Assembly (NCBI RefSeq): GCF_001194135.2
Contig: NC_068992.1
Span: 57,663,161-57,727,160 of the forward strand
Direction of reading: 5' to 3'
Source: Octopus bimaculoides
Taxonomy: Eukaryota
Length of the DNA: 64,000 bases
This document shows, piece by piece, positions 13,201-26,101 of this stretch. A model generated the notes under the pieces. It ran no database searches. It was not told the DNA's origin and saw only the letters and a program-made list of their open reading frames with translations. Every line of letters begins with the position of its first letter. Position 1 is the stretch's first letter. The position numbers and the translations under genes are program-made.

Positions 13201-13664
13201 TTGGCTACCACTGCTGACCTGCTCACAAGAGGGTGTTATAGTTCAAGGCTAAAACAGCCAACAAATACTGAACACCAACTGATTTCATCAAATCTTCCCA
13301 TCCAAGGTGAATGAAGAGGAAGCATCTTCTTTTAGATGGAATTATTCTCCTATTAAACAACAGCTTCACCCTTATTCTTTTTATAACTCACAAAAATAGT
13401 TCTATTTCTTTGAAGGAAGCATCACTAGATTTTGTTCCCAAATGATAATCTTTATTTCTATAAATTATCTCCCAACAGTGGGTTATAATTTTATCTGATT
13501 GTTTTTTTATATATATATTTTCCTTATTAAAAGTTAATCCTATTTATCTATGTATCTAACTATCTATCTATCCACATATATATTTTATATGCATCCATTT
13601 GTTGTTTACACCACCTGTCTTCATCTGTTGTTTTTTTCGTAAATTATCCCATATTATATATATA

Positions 13665-13702
<38 letters not shown>

Positions 13703-13876
13703 NNNNNNNNNNNNNNNNNNNNNNNNNNNNNNNNNNNNNNNNNNNNNNNNNNNNNNNNNNNNNNNNNNNNNNNNNNNNNNNNNNNNNNNNNNNNNNNNNN
13801 NNNNNNNNNNNNNNNNNNNNNNNNNNNNNNNNNNNNNNNNNNNNNNNNNNNNNNNNNNNNNNNNNNNNNNNNNNNN

Positions 13877-13913
<37 letters not shown>

Positions 13914-14364
13914 GTATATATATATATATATATGTATTCATATACATATATATCACGACTGCAGTATGGAAAACAAGTATTAGTAATAATACAAGTATGA
14001 AATTCCTATAATGATGATTCTGCATTTTCTTGGTGGTAACCTCAAATGGCTGATGACTAATGCTTCTCACTACTCACTCCCAGCGCCTCCCCCCATCCCC
14101 ACTAATCTCTCTCTCTCTCTCTCTCTCTCAGCTGCTTCCAGTGTACTCTGTGATACCGGTTTGTCAACTGTCGTTCTGAAGTTGTGTGACGGTCACTCGA
14201 GACAGATGTCAACAAACCGACGTGACACCAGGAAGGTCCCAAATTGGAATACAGTGTGCATCAAGAAGAGCAGTAGCAGTGGCAGCATTATTATCTGAAC
14301 TTGCCTGTGTGTAGGGGGGGTTCTGATCATACCGGGTGCAAGACGGGGCAGGGGAGAAGTCTAC

Positions 14365-14478
14365 CTGATGTTCGCTGTTGTGGCGTTTGGCAAGGAGAGC
14401 ATGGTTGACCTTCAGTACGATCCAGTCAAAGAGCACACCATATAAACATTTAGCAAGTGCGTCTCTGGTAGCGATTGC
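14365..14478 (-). CDS. MYO9: Myosin IX exon H (AIATRDALAKCLYGVLFDWIVLKVNHALLAKRHNSEHQ)
   Basis: cag/gtag boundaries; 114 nt, phase 0 to 0; RDALAK.LY..LFDWIV..NHALL. The NHALL ending and SMEMVGF in exon D favour class IX (from memory of MYO9A/B). Confidence 0.94.
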
Positions 14479-14521
14479 CTGGAAAACAGAAGAAAAGAAA
14501 TACAATTACACATCAATTTAA

Positions 14522-14553
<32 letters not shown>

Positions 14554-16287
14554 CAATAATAATAATGTGATAATTTTTCTACTATAGGCATAAGGCCTGA
14601 AATTTTGGGAGAAGGGACTAGTCGATTACATCAACCCCAGTGTTTCACCCCTGTGTTTGTCCACTCCATCACCACTAGACAATTGGTGTTGGTATGTTTA
14701 CATCCCCCATAACTAAGCAGTTCGGCAAAAGATACCAATAGAATAAGTACTAGGCTTAAAAAATAAGTCTTGGGACTGATACGTTCGACTAAAACCATTC
14801 AAAGCAGTGCTCCAGCATGGCCGCAGTCATATGACTAAAAGAATATGAAACAGCAACAATTGTAGAATAGGGAAATAAAAACTCTATACATTTGCCTTAT
14901 AATATGCGTGCATGCATGTATGTATGTATGTATGTATGTATGTATGTATTAGGGATATTTTTAGACTGCTACATATTCACGTGCAAAAAACATGGAAAGT
15001 ATTTCTATTTTAGTGTTAGTAAACTGAAATTGTAGACGAAAGGAGATTCTGTCCAGTGGTATATTATCAACCAGACTGTGAAATTAGAAAATTGTCTGGT
15101 TCTTGAAACACGTGTAACCGACAACAGCAGTGTGGTTGGTTGGTTGGTTGTAATTAATACCTTTCATCAACAGAAATGCACCTTTTCTTATTTTAAAATA
15201 ACTATGAAGAATCTTTGGCAAAGACACATTACAGCACCGGTGACACGTCATGAATTGTTGACCTGGTGACTGGCAGGTCAACATCCACCCTACCGACTTG
15301 TTCCGCTACAAGTCATACAGTTGATCTTCCTGCAAGTAATGGGTTAGTCACAGAGGGAAGGGTGGTGCTCATAAGCTTTTGCAGGAACTCTGAGACTAAA
15401 GACAGAGAGGAAGAAATTCCAAACTGAAGAACTGATCTGAATGCTTGCAACAGAGTGGATTTCACCAACTAAAGGTAACCAGGAGCCAGGTGATGCCATT
15501 AAACCAATAGATTAAGTATATCTCTTTAGTGGACTCCACTAAAGAGGTACCCAAAGCGCAGGCGGTGGTGTTAAACAGGGCAAAAGACAAAGAGCAGGTA
15601 TACGCCATTTAAAGGGCATTTGTACAGTTTGTGTCTGCCAAACTTCAGTCATGTAATTTGGACCAAATCGGAATTGTGGTTAAAAAAAAAATTGCTCTAG
15701 ATACTGCACAGTGAGATTGAACCCAGAACAACATCACTGCAAAGGAAACTTCTTAACCATGTGACCAGGACAGTAAAAGTAATTCACTACAAAAGAAACA
15801 ACAATAATGGCATGGCAATAATAGAAATTTCTTCCTTAAAGAATGAAGTCTTTGATTTATTTCAGGAGGAGGTGTGGTGGAGTGAGGAGGGGGGAATTAG
15901 AAGATAATGGTAACTAAAAGAGACAATGGCAAGCTTTTATTCTGAAAACAAGCTGAATATTTTCAAGTGCCAACTATTACAATGGCTGCTGTTGATGTAA
16001 GTCTAGCTATGACTGCTGCTGCTGCTGCTGTTGTTGTTGTTGTTGTTCTTACTGTTGTTCCCATGGCTGTTGTTTCATGTCCCACCCCACCCTCCCATTA
16101 TTTCTAACAACTTCATCTGAAATCTTTAAGACAAAGTAACAGCCAGAAATATTTCCATATTTCACACATACATGCATGATTGTGTGGATACAGAATTCTA
16201 CCCCGTTGTGTGGTACCCAGAACAAGTGTCTCCAATCACATGTAGCCTTTTGGTAGACTACTTCTTTGAGAATAACAACAATAGACA

Positions 16288-16318
<31 letters not shown>

Positions 16319-16863
16319 AGAAGAGGAAGAAGAAGACAACAACAACAACTACGATGCTGCCATTACAACAACCACTGCCAACGTCATTGATTTTTATGCC
16401 GATTTTTCCGTGCTTGTATGGGTTGGATAGACCTTAATGAGGCACATTTTTTATGGCTGGATGCCCTTCCAGTCACCAACCCTCAGTTGTTCCCAAGCAA
16501 AGTAATATTTTCCCATAGCTAGACAACCAACTTTCTAATAATTCCACCAATCTCCTCCTTTCAACAGGCCCATTACTCATCAGTCTCAAAAGGATGAAAG
16601 GCAAAGTTAGACCTCAGCAAGATTTGAACTCACAGCACAGAAAACCAGAGTTGCAAGAACTGCAAGATGTTCTATTGGATGCTCCAATGACTCACCTTCA
16701 CTGTCATTTTATTGCACTTTAATTGCATTCTAACTGCACTCTCATCATGCACCTATCATGTACTTTCATTGCACTCCTGATGCATTTACTGTGTATTCTC
16801 ATACACTTTTCATTTCACTGTCACTGTGCACTCACATAGTGCTTTCTGGAGCATTATACTTAC

Positions 16864-16953
16864 ATCTTCCATTTTGTAGTTCATAAAAACTGTCTCTCCT
16901 CCAGCAACGGTTCTTTTCTGGGTTAAGGCATCAATGAGTGTCGTTTCCTTCAC
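16864..16953 (-). CDS. MYO9: Myosin IX exon G (VKETTLIDALTQKRTVAGGETVFMNYKMED)
   Basis: Poly-T tract + tag acceptor, gtaagt donor; 90 nt, phase 0 to 0; matches the myosin L..ALT.R....GE pattern. Confidence 0.94.
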
Positions 16954-17408
16954 CTAAAAAAAAAAACAATGACATTGTCTTAGTTTTTAACCACCCATCT
17001 AGCTCTTACAACTTGTTCATACAAAAAGAAAATGCTTAAAAATCTACACAACCAACAAAGACATATCACATACAATAAGATTTGATTGTCAATAACAGAA
17101 ACTCACAATAAACCACATTTTCCAACAAACAAGTCGACAAAGTACATAGTGTAAACATGGAGTGTAAATATTCAAACACTGTCACTATTTTTCCATATCC
17201 TGCTGCATTTTATATGGAAGCTTTGCTCCGCCAAAGCCAACTTGCTGTATAATTCAACGTACCTTATGCTTGGCTGTAAATTTTTGTCTGCAAAATTCAG
17301 TTTGTAAGCCAGAAAACATGGTTATTATATATTACATTTCACGGTAGATGATTCTTAACAATTCAGACAACCTGCATTAAACAGTTAAGAGTTGGGGAAA
17401 TAACTTAC

Positions 17409-17486
17409 CTTCAGTAAATTAGATATCACAGTGATAACAGCTTCGTTCCTAATCACTACAGATTCATCATGGTGGAGATCTCCTTT
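17409..17486 (-). CDS. MYO9: Myosin IX exon F (KGDLHHDESVVIRNEAVITVISNLLK)
   Basis: cag/gtaagt boundaries; 78 nt, phase 0 to 0; too short for the ORF track, found by reading; fits between exons E and G. Confidence 0.92.
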
Positions 17487-17719
17487 CTGCATAAAGACAG
17501 AAATATACAATGTAGAAATATAGATTATAGAGAGAATATACAACTGTCATATGCATCATCACCATGATCATCACCATCATTATGATCATCATCTTCATTT
17601 AATGTCTGTTTTCCCTGCTGGCATGGGTGAGACAAAAATTAAATTCTATAGACTTATATGTATAAACTGCATATATATATATATATATATATTTGGAATT
17701 TACGGGAATATATATATAT

Positions 17720-17873
17720 AGTTGGAATTTACAGGAAAAACAAAAGACGAAGATAGGTATATAAACAACAAACAGGTGTATTAGTTTAATGCTCAGGAAG
17801 GTGAGAAAGTCTTTTATGTTTCAAGCCTACGCTCTTCAACAGAAAGGAACACGAGAAAATAAATGGAGAGAGA

Positions 17874-17880
<7 letters not shown>
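17720..17880 (-). mobile_element. Short Penelope-like terminal repeat containing a degenerate hammerhead-like motif (17810-17847)
   Basis: Homologous to 57745-57915 (+) and 63830-64000 (-); embedded between (TA)n tracts. Confidence 0.6.
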
Positions 17881-17904
<24 letters not shown>

Positions 17905-18869
17905 CAAACACACAGAGACATACACGTGTGTGTGTGTGTGTGTCCTGTATGTACAGGTTACAGAAGATGTATGATTACTTCTGTATGAGTTAGAGCTCCA
18001 TGCAGATTATCATTATCCAGTCAGCTTCCAGCATAGTGGGCAGTCGAGCACTGTACTTGGCTGGTGCCACCCAGTCCACTCTGTAAAGTGGCTGCCATTA
18101 GGAAGGGTATTTAGCCATAAAAAAACTACAACAAAACAAACAGTGGAGCTTGGTGCAGTCTCTTTTGCTGAACCGCTAAGTTACGGGGAAGTAAACACAC
18201 CAGCATCGGTTGTCAAGCGATGTTGGGGGGACAAACACAGACACACGCATATATATATATACATATACATATATACGACTGGCTTCTTTCAGTTTCCATC
18301 TACCAAATCCACACACAAGGCTTTGGTCGGCCCGAGGCTATAGTAGAAGACACTTGCCCAAGGTGTCACACAGTGGGACTGAACCCAGAACCATGTGGTT
18401 GGTAAGCAAGCTAATTACCACACAGCCACTCCTGTGCCTATATATAAATAAGAAAAAGCCTGTCCAACCCATGCAAGCAAAGAACAGTGGATGATCATGA
18501 GACACACACATTTGTAATTAGCGCATGCAGTCATATACACACACATACACAAATGTACACACAACCATAATCAACCACATCCTTACATGTGTCAAAATAG
18601 CTATGCATATGTATGCATTCAATTGCATGTGTATATCTATATGTATGCGTGTGAATGTGTGCTTGAGAGTGTGGGTGCACGTGTGTGTATGCCTATGATC
18701 AAGCATGTGCGTAAATGTATGAATAAATATATTAATTATCAAATCAAAAAACAGGATATCACAGTAATAGGTAAAGAAGTGGGTGATACGAGTAATGTGA
18801 TACAGAGTAAACATCGAGAATGACGTAGGAACGAAAAATATTAAGAAACTGTAATAGATAAAGCAGTCC

Positions 18870-18931
<62 letters not shown>

Positions 18932-18967
18932 TTATTTATTCTTTTCTTTTAATAAAAGGAAAAGTAT

Positions 18968-19010
<43 letters not shown>

Positions 19011-19494
19011 TATATACACACTAACACACACATATATGTATACACATATATACATATACACATGTCCTTAGTACCAGATCTGTGACATCTCAATGTGTAT
19101 GAGTAGCAGCTTGACCAGAGAAACTCCCTGATCTCCAAACTCCGCATATTGTCGAGTAATGTTATTGCAGAGATCGTCTGGAAAAACTTATTTCAGCCAT
19201 TTGTATTTGTAAATTGTACTCTTTTGGTCATAACTCCAGTTTCATGACCACAGGTGATAAGCACAGAAACCAAATTGCAGATAGCAACTTTGGTCATTTT
19301 TACCAATCTTTCCTCTTCAGGGAATTGAATGCGGGAACTGGCAATCCTAGCAACCAATTCAGCCTCCTGCTTCCCAGTATAAAGAAGAAGAAGAAAAAAA
19401 GCGTGAGAAAATGGCATGTCTGCAAGGACCAGGATTTGAACAGGATTTTTTTTTTTTGTCTTTTAAGCTTTGAAAAGAGTAAGTATTTATTTAC

Positions 19495-19549
19495 CTTCTT
19501 GAACTCCACGTTACCAAGATGTAACACAGCAGACAACACAGAGAAAATC
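19495..19549 (-). CDS. MYO9: Myosin IX exon E ((R)IFSVLSAVLHLGNVEFKK)
   Basis: tag/gtaa boundaries; 55 nt, phase 2 to 0; LSAxLHLGN myosin motif. Confidence 0.95.
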
Positions 19550-19873
19550 CTACATTGAGGGGGAAAAAAAGAACAAAAAAAAAATTAATAAAAAGAAAGC
19601 AAACAGGATTTTAGAAAAATATATTAAATCATTTGCAGAGAAATCCAATGAATTATTTAAAAACTTTCTCTTTACAGCAAAGTTAGCAATGTATAGAAAT
19701 AGTTGCAGAGAAATTCAGTAAATTATTCTAAATATTTCTATTAATAAGCACAAGAATGGCTACGTGGCGCTTAAGAAGCTTGCTTTTGCAAATCAGGATC
19801 TGATAATTGAAAAACAAATTTCTTCACCATTTGACCATGCTGTCCACATACATATACAATAACTGAATGAATC

Positions 19874-19908
<35 letters not shown>

Positions 19909-20068
19909 CAGCTAGGGAAGAGCAAAGTTGGAATATATTGACTGAATGGGACAGTATCCAAGTGTTTAACCTTAGCTCAGACTTCAGCCAGCAAACAAAC
20001 AAACAATCAAAAAGCATTGCATCAATGACCGGCCCTTTTTTTTTAGGGGGTTCTTAGAACCACATTGG

Positions 20069-20440
20069 TGGAGGTGCATGGCTTAGTCGTTAGGATGTTG
20101 GACTCATGATTGCAAGATTGTGGTTTCGAATCCTGGACCAGGCAACAGATTGTGTTCTTGAGCAAAACACTTCATTTCACATTGCTCCAGTACACTCAGC
20201 TGACAAAGATGAGTTTAGCTTGCGATGGCTCAGCATCCCATCCAGGTGGGGAATTTATACACCATGGAAACCAGGAAATCAGCCCTTATGAGTCGGTATG
20301 ACACAAGAAGGTTACTTTACCATTGTGGAGGCACATGGCTTAATGGTTAGGGTGTTGGACTCATGGTCGTAAGAATGTGGTTTTGATTCCTGGACTGGGC
20401 AACACGTTGTGTTCTTGAGCAAAACACTTCATTTCACATT
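20069..20440 (+). mobile_element. SINE family G (head 2): full copy 20069-20320 plus a second tandem head 20326-20440
   Basis: tRNA-like head ggaggtgcatggcttagt..., core cttgagcaaaacacttcatttcacattgctccag; other copies at 25271-25517 (-), 49690-50025 (+), 60845-61020 (-), 63280-63380, 42528-42635. Confidence 0.8.
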
Positions 20441-21154
20441 TCACATTAGAGGCAGGATCTGGCCAGTTTGAACATAATGAAGGTGGAATATTTGGGCGGG
20501 ATTTGGTCAGATTAAATACTAAAGGTTTAAAGTGAGTAGGGTGTCATTTGATGGGAGATATGACTGCTATTTTTAGCAGACTGAGTGACAAAGACCTTGA
20601 CCGGCTCATATTTCTATATATAGTGACAGATTGATTGATTGGTTCATTCATTCATTCTTTCATTGATCCAATAACATTAATCATTTTGCATGCTGGGAAG
20701 AAGAAAACACACCCACAGGCAACAAAAAGATTAAGGTTTCATATGTCAGTATATATATATATTTATTTTTATAACTTCAATACTTCACCATTAGCTGTGT
20801 AACAGGAATAAGTAAATAAATAAACAACTGAATAAATAATGGGATAAATGCTAATTAAAGCTTTCTTTAATGTGATTTAGAAATTAAGCATCAATTTAAG
20901 CAATTATGTATAATGAATAGTGCTGTGTTGATTAGAAAGACCATAGAACTTTGATATAACAATGAAGGTTAGGCAAGACAATAAGAAACTTCTGACACAG
21001 TCACACTCAATCTACTAGAAACAGCAGCCAAACTTCCCTAAAACCACACCCTTGCTTAAGATTTGGAGACACTGGTCAGTGTGGTTTTAGATATATAAAA
21101 ATGAGGGCCACCACTGACCAAAGGGCAGCCATAGACTGCTGTCCAACTTGGAGA

Positions 21155-21775
21155 TTAACTCTTTCGTATTCAGATTACTTTATCAAATCCAATGTTCATT
21201 TATTCACATCATTTTGAATTAATCCTGCTTTATTTTGTAGCTTTGAGACTTCAATGATGGGATTATCTGTTTTTGGAATGACATTGTAGGGGAGGTGTGA
21301 GAGGCAAGTTCTAGCCAGTATGAACATAAAACAGGTAGAATATTTGGGCCAGATATGGCCGGTTTAAAAGCTAAAGGATTGTTGTTGGCACTCCGTCGCT
21401 TACGACGTCGAAGGTTCCAGTTGATCTGATCAATGGAACAGTCTGCTTGTGAAATTAACGTGCAAGTGGCTGAGCACTCCACAGATACGTGTACCCTTAA
21501 CGTAGTTCTCAGGGATATTCAGCGTGACACAGTGTGACAAGGCTGACCCTTTGAATTACAGGTACAACAGAAACAGGAAGTAAGAGTGAGAGAAAGTTGT
21601 CATGGAAGAGTACAGCAGGGTTCGCCACCAACCCCTGCCGGAGCCTAGTGGAGCTTTAGGTGTTTTCGCTCAATAAACACTCACAATGCCCGGTCTGGGA
21701 ATCGAAACCGCGATCCTACGACCGCGAGTCCGCTGCCCTAACCACTGGGCCATTGCACCTCCGCTAAAGGATTAA
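21155..21775. mobile_element. piggyBac-like MITE (TTAA-flanked) interrupted by SINE A
   Basis: TTAA at 21155-58 and 21772-75; family copies at 20445-20530, 25095-25254, 46147-46332, 60634-60840 (ttaaccctttagcatt...). Confidence 0.7.
21381..21762 (-). mobile_element. Full-length tRNA-derived SINE A with 11-bp TSD gctaaaggatt
   Basis: TSD at 21370-21380 and 21763-21773; head ggaggtgcaatggcccagtggttagggcagcgg; (AAC)n tail. Confidence 0.92.
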
Positions 21776-21799
21776 ACAGCAAGATATATGCACACACAA

Positions 21800-22810
21800 T
21801 TACATAGCTATGTACTGTGGGAGCACTGTCAGTTATTTGCTGTGGGAACATTGATAGTTATCTATGGGAACACTGCCAGTTATATGCTGTGGGAACATTG
21901 CTGCTTATACACTGTGGGAACATTGAGACATAAATGCTGTGGGAACATAAACATTTATATACTCCAGGAACATTGAGTCATATGAAGTGCATATCATTAC
22001 TAGCTGAATATTGTGGAAGCATTCCAAGGTGTATGCTGTGGGAACCATCACTGGTTTATGGGTTGTGGGAACATTTATTTATTTATTTATTTATGCGCCC
22101 TTTTAAAGCCTAACCAGGCTCATGGGCCCGGTTTCCCGGTTTCTATGGCATATGTGTTCCCCGCCAGCTGGACGGGACGCCAGTCCATCGCAGCTTTACT
22201 CAAGAGACAGGAAGAAAGAGTGAGAGAAAGTTGGGGCGAAGGAGTACAACAGGGGTCGCCACCACCCCCTGCCAGAGCCTCGTGGAGCTTTTAGGTGTTT
22301 TCACTTAATAAGCAAACACAACGCCCGGTCTGGGAATCGAAACCGCGATCCTCCGACCGCAAGTCCGCTGCCCTNNNNNNNNNNTACTCAAGAGACAGGA
22401 AGAAAGAGTGAGAGAAAGTTGGGGCGAAGGAGTACAACAGGGGTCGCCACCACCCCCTGCCAGAGCCTCGTGGAGCTTTTAGGTGTTTTCACTTAATAAG
22501 CAAACACAACGCCCGGTCTGGGAATCGAAACCGCGATCCTCCGACCGCAAGTCCGCTGCCCTAACCACTGGGCCATTGCGCCTCCATTGTGGGAACATTG
22601 CTGATTACATATTGTGGGAGCATTGCTAATTATGTGCTGTAGGAATATGTAGTTATGTGCCATAGGAAATTGCCTGTTATATGTTGCAGGAACATTGCTA
22701 GGTGTATGCTGTAGAAACACTGACAGTAATTATATGCTGTGCAAATCAGAGCTAGTTATAAACTATAGGCTGTGGGAATATTGCCAATTATATGCTGTGG
22801 GAATAGAATA
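21800..22810. repeat. Degenerate minisatellite built on (at)atgctgtgggaacattg, split by a SINE insertion
   Basis: The tgtgggaaca(t) core recurs many times on both sides of 22076-22586. Confidence 0.85.
22076..22586 (-). mobile_element. SINE with family-A head and a different tail; 13-bp TSD ttgtgggaacatt
   Basis: TSD at 22063-22075 and 22587-22599; (AAAT)n tail; the internal ~180-bp duplication flanks a 10-N gap. Confidence 0.88.
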
Positions 22811-22962
22811 TAGGACAATGTTCACGATCTTTGATTCACTGGTTACCCTCACATTTAAAACCTGGTCTGAATGAATCTAACAGAGTGAACTCAATACAGG
22901 TGCTCAAGGGTCAAGAGGTGCTGGAAGAAAAAATATAACAAACACATTGAATCCGTTCTAAC

Positions 22963-23063
22963 CTGTGCTGTCTTTCAGTAGAAAAACCAACCATTTCCAT
23001 AGACTGCTTTAAACGGGCAAATTCATGCTCTTCATCGACACCATCAACAGTATAACAGTTACT
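22963..23063 (-). CDS. MYO9: Myosin IX exon D (SNCYTVDGVDEEHEFARLKQSMEMVGFSTERQH-R)
   Basis: cag/gttaga boundaries; 101 nt, phase 0 to 2; resembles the Myo9 FERL..AMEMVGF segment as I recall it. Confidence 0.94.
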
Positions 23064-26058
23064 CTGCAACAACAAAAGAAAGAAAAAGACAATGAGATTA
23101 TATGTGAATGAAGGAAACAACTAAGAACAAGAACAACAAAATGGCATTGGTACAATTGGCTTTTATATACACAGATTTAGCATTTACCATTAGAAATACA
23201 AACAAGATTAGGAATGCTGAGCTGAAGAGGGATGTCCCCTGCATCCCTCTTCAGCTGAGCATTCCTAATCTTGCAGACTTGTGGGTACTGGTGCCATGTA
23301 AAAAGCACCTGTGCTGGTGCCACACAAAAGCACCCAAGCTGGTGTTACGTAAAAGCATCCTGTACACTTTGTAAAATGGTTGGTAGTAGGAAGGGCATCT
23401 GGCTGTAGAAACCATGTCAAAACAAACATGGAGCCCAGACAGCTCTCTGGCTTGCCAGCTCCTGTCAAACCGTCCAACCCATGCCAGCATGGAAAACGGA
23501 TATCAAATGATGATGATGATGATGATGGTCATTACTTCAGGCATTTTAAAGGTGTTCGTAGATTTAAATAGGATTCATGTCTACAGAGACACAGGTGTGG
23601 CTGTGTGGTTAGGAAGCCTGCTTGCCAGCCATGTGGTCTTGGATTCAATCCCACTGCATGGCACTTTGGTGCATGTGTTTCTGCGATAGCCCTCTGCTAA
23701 CCAAGGCCTTGTACATGGATTTGATAAACGAAAACTGAAAGAAGCCCCTTCATGTATGTATGTGTCAATATCATGTGACAGTTGTAAAGAGCATTACCAC
23801 CATATCAAATTGAGAGTGGATTTAGTAATGTGCCTGTGTTTGTACCCCCCCCCCCATCACTGCTTGACAATAGCTTTTGGTGTTTACATCCCCACAATTT
23901 AACAGTTCATCAAAAGAGACCGACAGAATAAGTACTAGGCTCAAAAAATAAGTCCTGGGGTCGATTTGTTCAACTAAAACCCTTCAAGGTGGTGTTCCAG
24001 CATGGCTGCAATAAAATGGCTGAAACATGTAAAAGAAAAAGAAAAAAAGAAAATGCTGTTATTTATAGCTTTATGCGTTTTGAGATCTACTTTTCCAAAA
24101 CAAGAAACCTATTGCCATTTAAATCTCAGCACTTTTAGTTTCCTAATTAAAATAATCCAAAACAAATTTCATAATTTCAAACAAGTAGATGACAGACCCA
24201 ACACTTAATAAAACATATCTATAAAAAAAAAATGGCTTTGAAATACATTGAAAATATGTTACGTGCTCTTCAGAAAGTCAACAGAGAAACATCTAAGGTT
24301 ACTAGAATATGGCCAAGCGGAACTGATGTGGTGACATAGATCAGCCAAGGCTGCTAACACTTCAAGAAGTATGGCTTATTACAAAACCTAAATGAATACA
24401 GCAGCAGTCAGTTTATAGTTTCTGCGTCAAGGTGGAACTCAAATCTCAAATAAACCTCTTCAACTCTGGCAGACAGGAAGGCACAAATTCTGAAATCTTG
24501 ACATATTTATTTATTTAAGAATATTACCGAGTTTCTTTGTGATATGATTCCTGAAATAGCAGCAGCCTTTATTATAAGCAGTATTTCTTACACATGTATG
24601 TGTAAGGGAGGGCTTAGCAGAATCATTAAACCAAACTTAAATGTAGTATAATAGAGACTACATGTTTTTTTTTTTCTTTTAAGATTTCCATTACTAAAAG
24701 AACTTAAACTAACAAAATCAAAAGAGATTAGTTCCAGGTAATGCTTTTAGGAATTATATAAATTGACAGCATGGAATAATAAGCATCCATTTCTAAAACA
24801 GTGTTAAATCTTATTACTAATTAAATAATTAAATCATAAAGAGAGGTTGTTCATATGTTTGACTAATTAAAACGTGAGTTTCATTAATTTCAATGTGTTC
24901 AACAACAGAAATAATTACTGTAGTGTAAAATGTGCATTGATTAGGGGAACTATGTGGATTTAACTAGAGACATTTCTATCCAGTAAGCTAGTTACTACAG
25001 TGCCAGCAAGCAAGCAACTATGAAGCTTGATGAGACAAACACTTGTAATTATCTCCCTTACTTGCTCAGCCAAACAATGGTATTAGTTAGCGCCTTAACC
25101 ATTTAGCATTTAAACCGGTCATATCCAGCCAAAATTGTTCTACCTGTTTTACGGCTACACCTGGCCTCTCAGATCTACCCTACAACATCATTGTAAAAAA
25201 TAACAATCACATCATTTCAGTCGTCTAAGGACCTTGTAATGAGTGAATGCTTAAAAAAAGAAAGAAAAAAATGTGGTTGAGTACTCCGCAGACACGTATA
25301 CTCTTAACGTAGTTCTCAGGGAGGTTCAGTGTGACACAGAGTGTGACAAGGCTGGCCCTTTGAAACACAGATACCACTCATTTTTGCCAGCTGAATGGAC
25401 TGGAGCAATGTGAAATAAAGTGACTTGCTTAAGGACATACTGCATCAACAGGAATTGAACTCCATGATCTTACAATCATGAGCCAAATACCCTGACCACT
25501 AAGCCACGCACCTTCACTACATCATTAAGTAATAAGCAACTAACGAAGATAGCAAATGTGAAGAGGAGTCTATCATCAGCAGCACAGTGATGACTAGTGT
25601 TGATATGAAGCAGTGAAGGGTATGAGGAAAAAAAAAAAACCTGCTGCTGTTGTTGTTGTTGTTGTTGTTGCTTTTGTTGTTTAGCTCTTCATCAGATCTC
25701 AGCTAACAGATCTAAGATGAGAGATGTTCCCGTTATGGTTCTCCCATTCTTTTCGAAACCATTGTATGCCTGAATCTAAGACTACAGTTTGCCGGTCTCT
25801 TTCCAAGAGGGGTTTCACTGACATTTCTACCACATCAAGAAGAACTCCTGTGGAGTTTTGGCATTATTATTATTGTGGTGCAAGACAAAATAGAGAATAA
25901 TGTTTCTTCCAGGCAAGGACTTTTATTAGAAAGGAAAGAACTCCACCCAAACACCAGTAACTCAACCCTTATCACAACACTACTAATGAGTGTTTGTGTG
26001 TGTGTGTGTGTGTCTCACAATCTTCTTTTATTTATATACGTCCAATAGTACAGGTTCA

Positions 26059-26101
<43 letters not shown>

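Noticed and set aside
14209-14505. Full 98-aa ORF as a gene
   Set aside because: Only 14365-14478 is exonic; the rest is read-through of intron.
21690-21762. tRNA-like sequences at SINE heads (also 34115-34186, 45350-45420, 20069-20140)
   Set aside because: A/B-box heads run straight into SINE bodies with TSDs and tails; no complete cloverleaf, so not tRNA genes.
22195-22561. Exact ~180-bp tandem duplication inside the SINE
   Set aside because: The copies flank a 10-N gap, typical of unmerged contig overlap.
21800-22810. Repeat-spacer appearance of the tgtgggaacatt array (and of 39400-39960, 45008-45133)
   Set aside because: Units are degenerate and the intervening sequence is itself repetitive; eukaryotic intron, no cas genes, so not CRISPR.
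24528-24550. 23-nt pseudo-exon (tttcag...gtaata) encoding HITKKL, reminiscent of the MYO9A ITKK insert
   Set aside because: ITKK is out of phase with the phase-0 intron and 23 nt would frameshift; likely chance.
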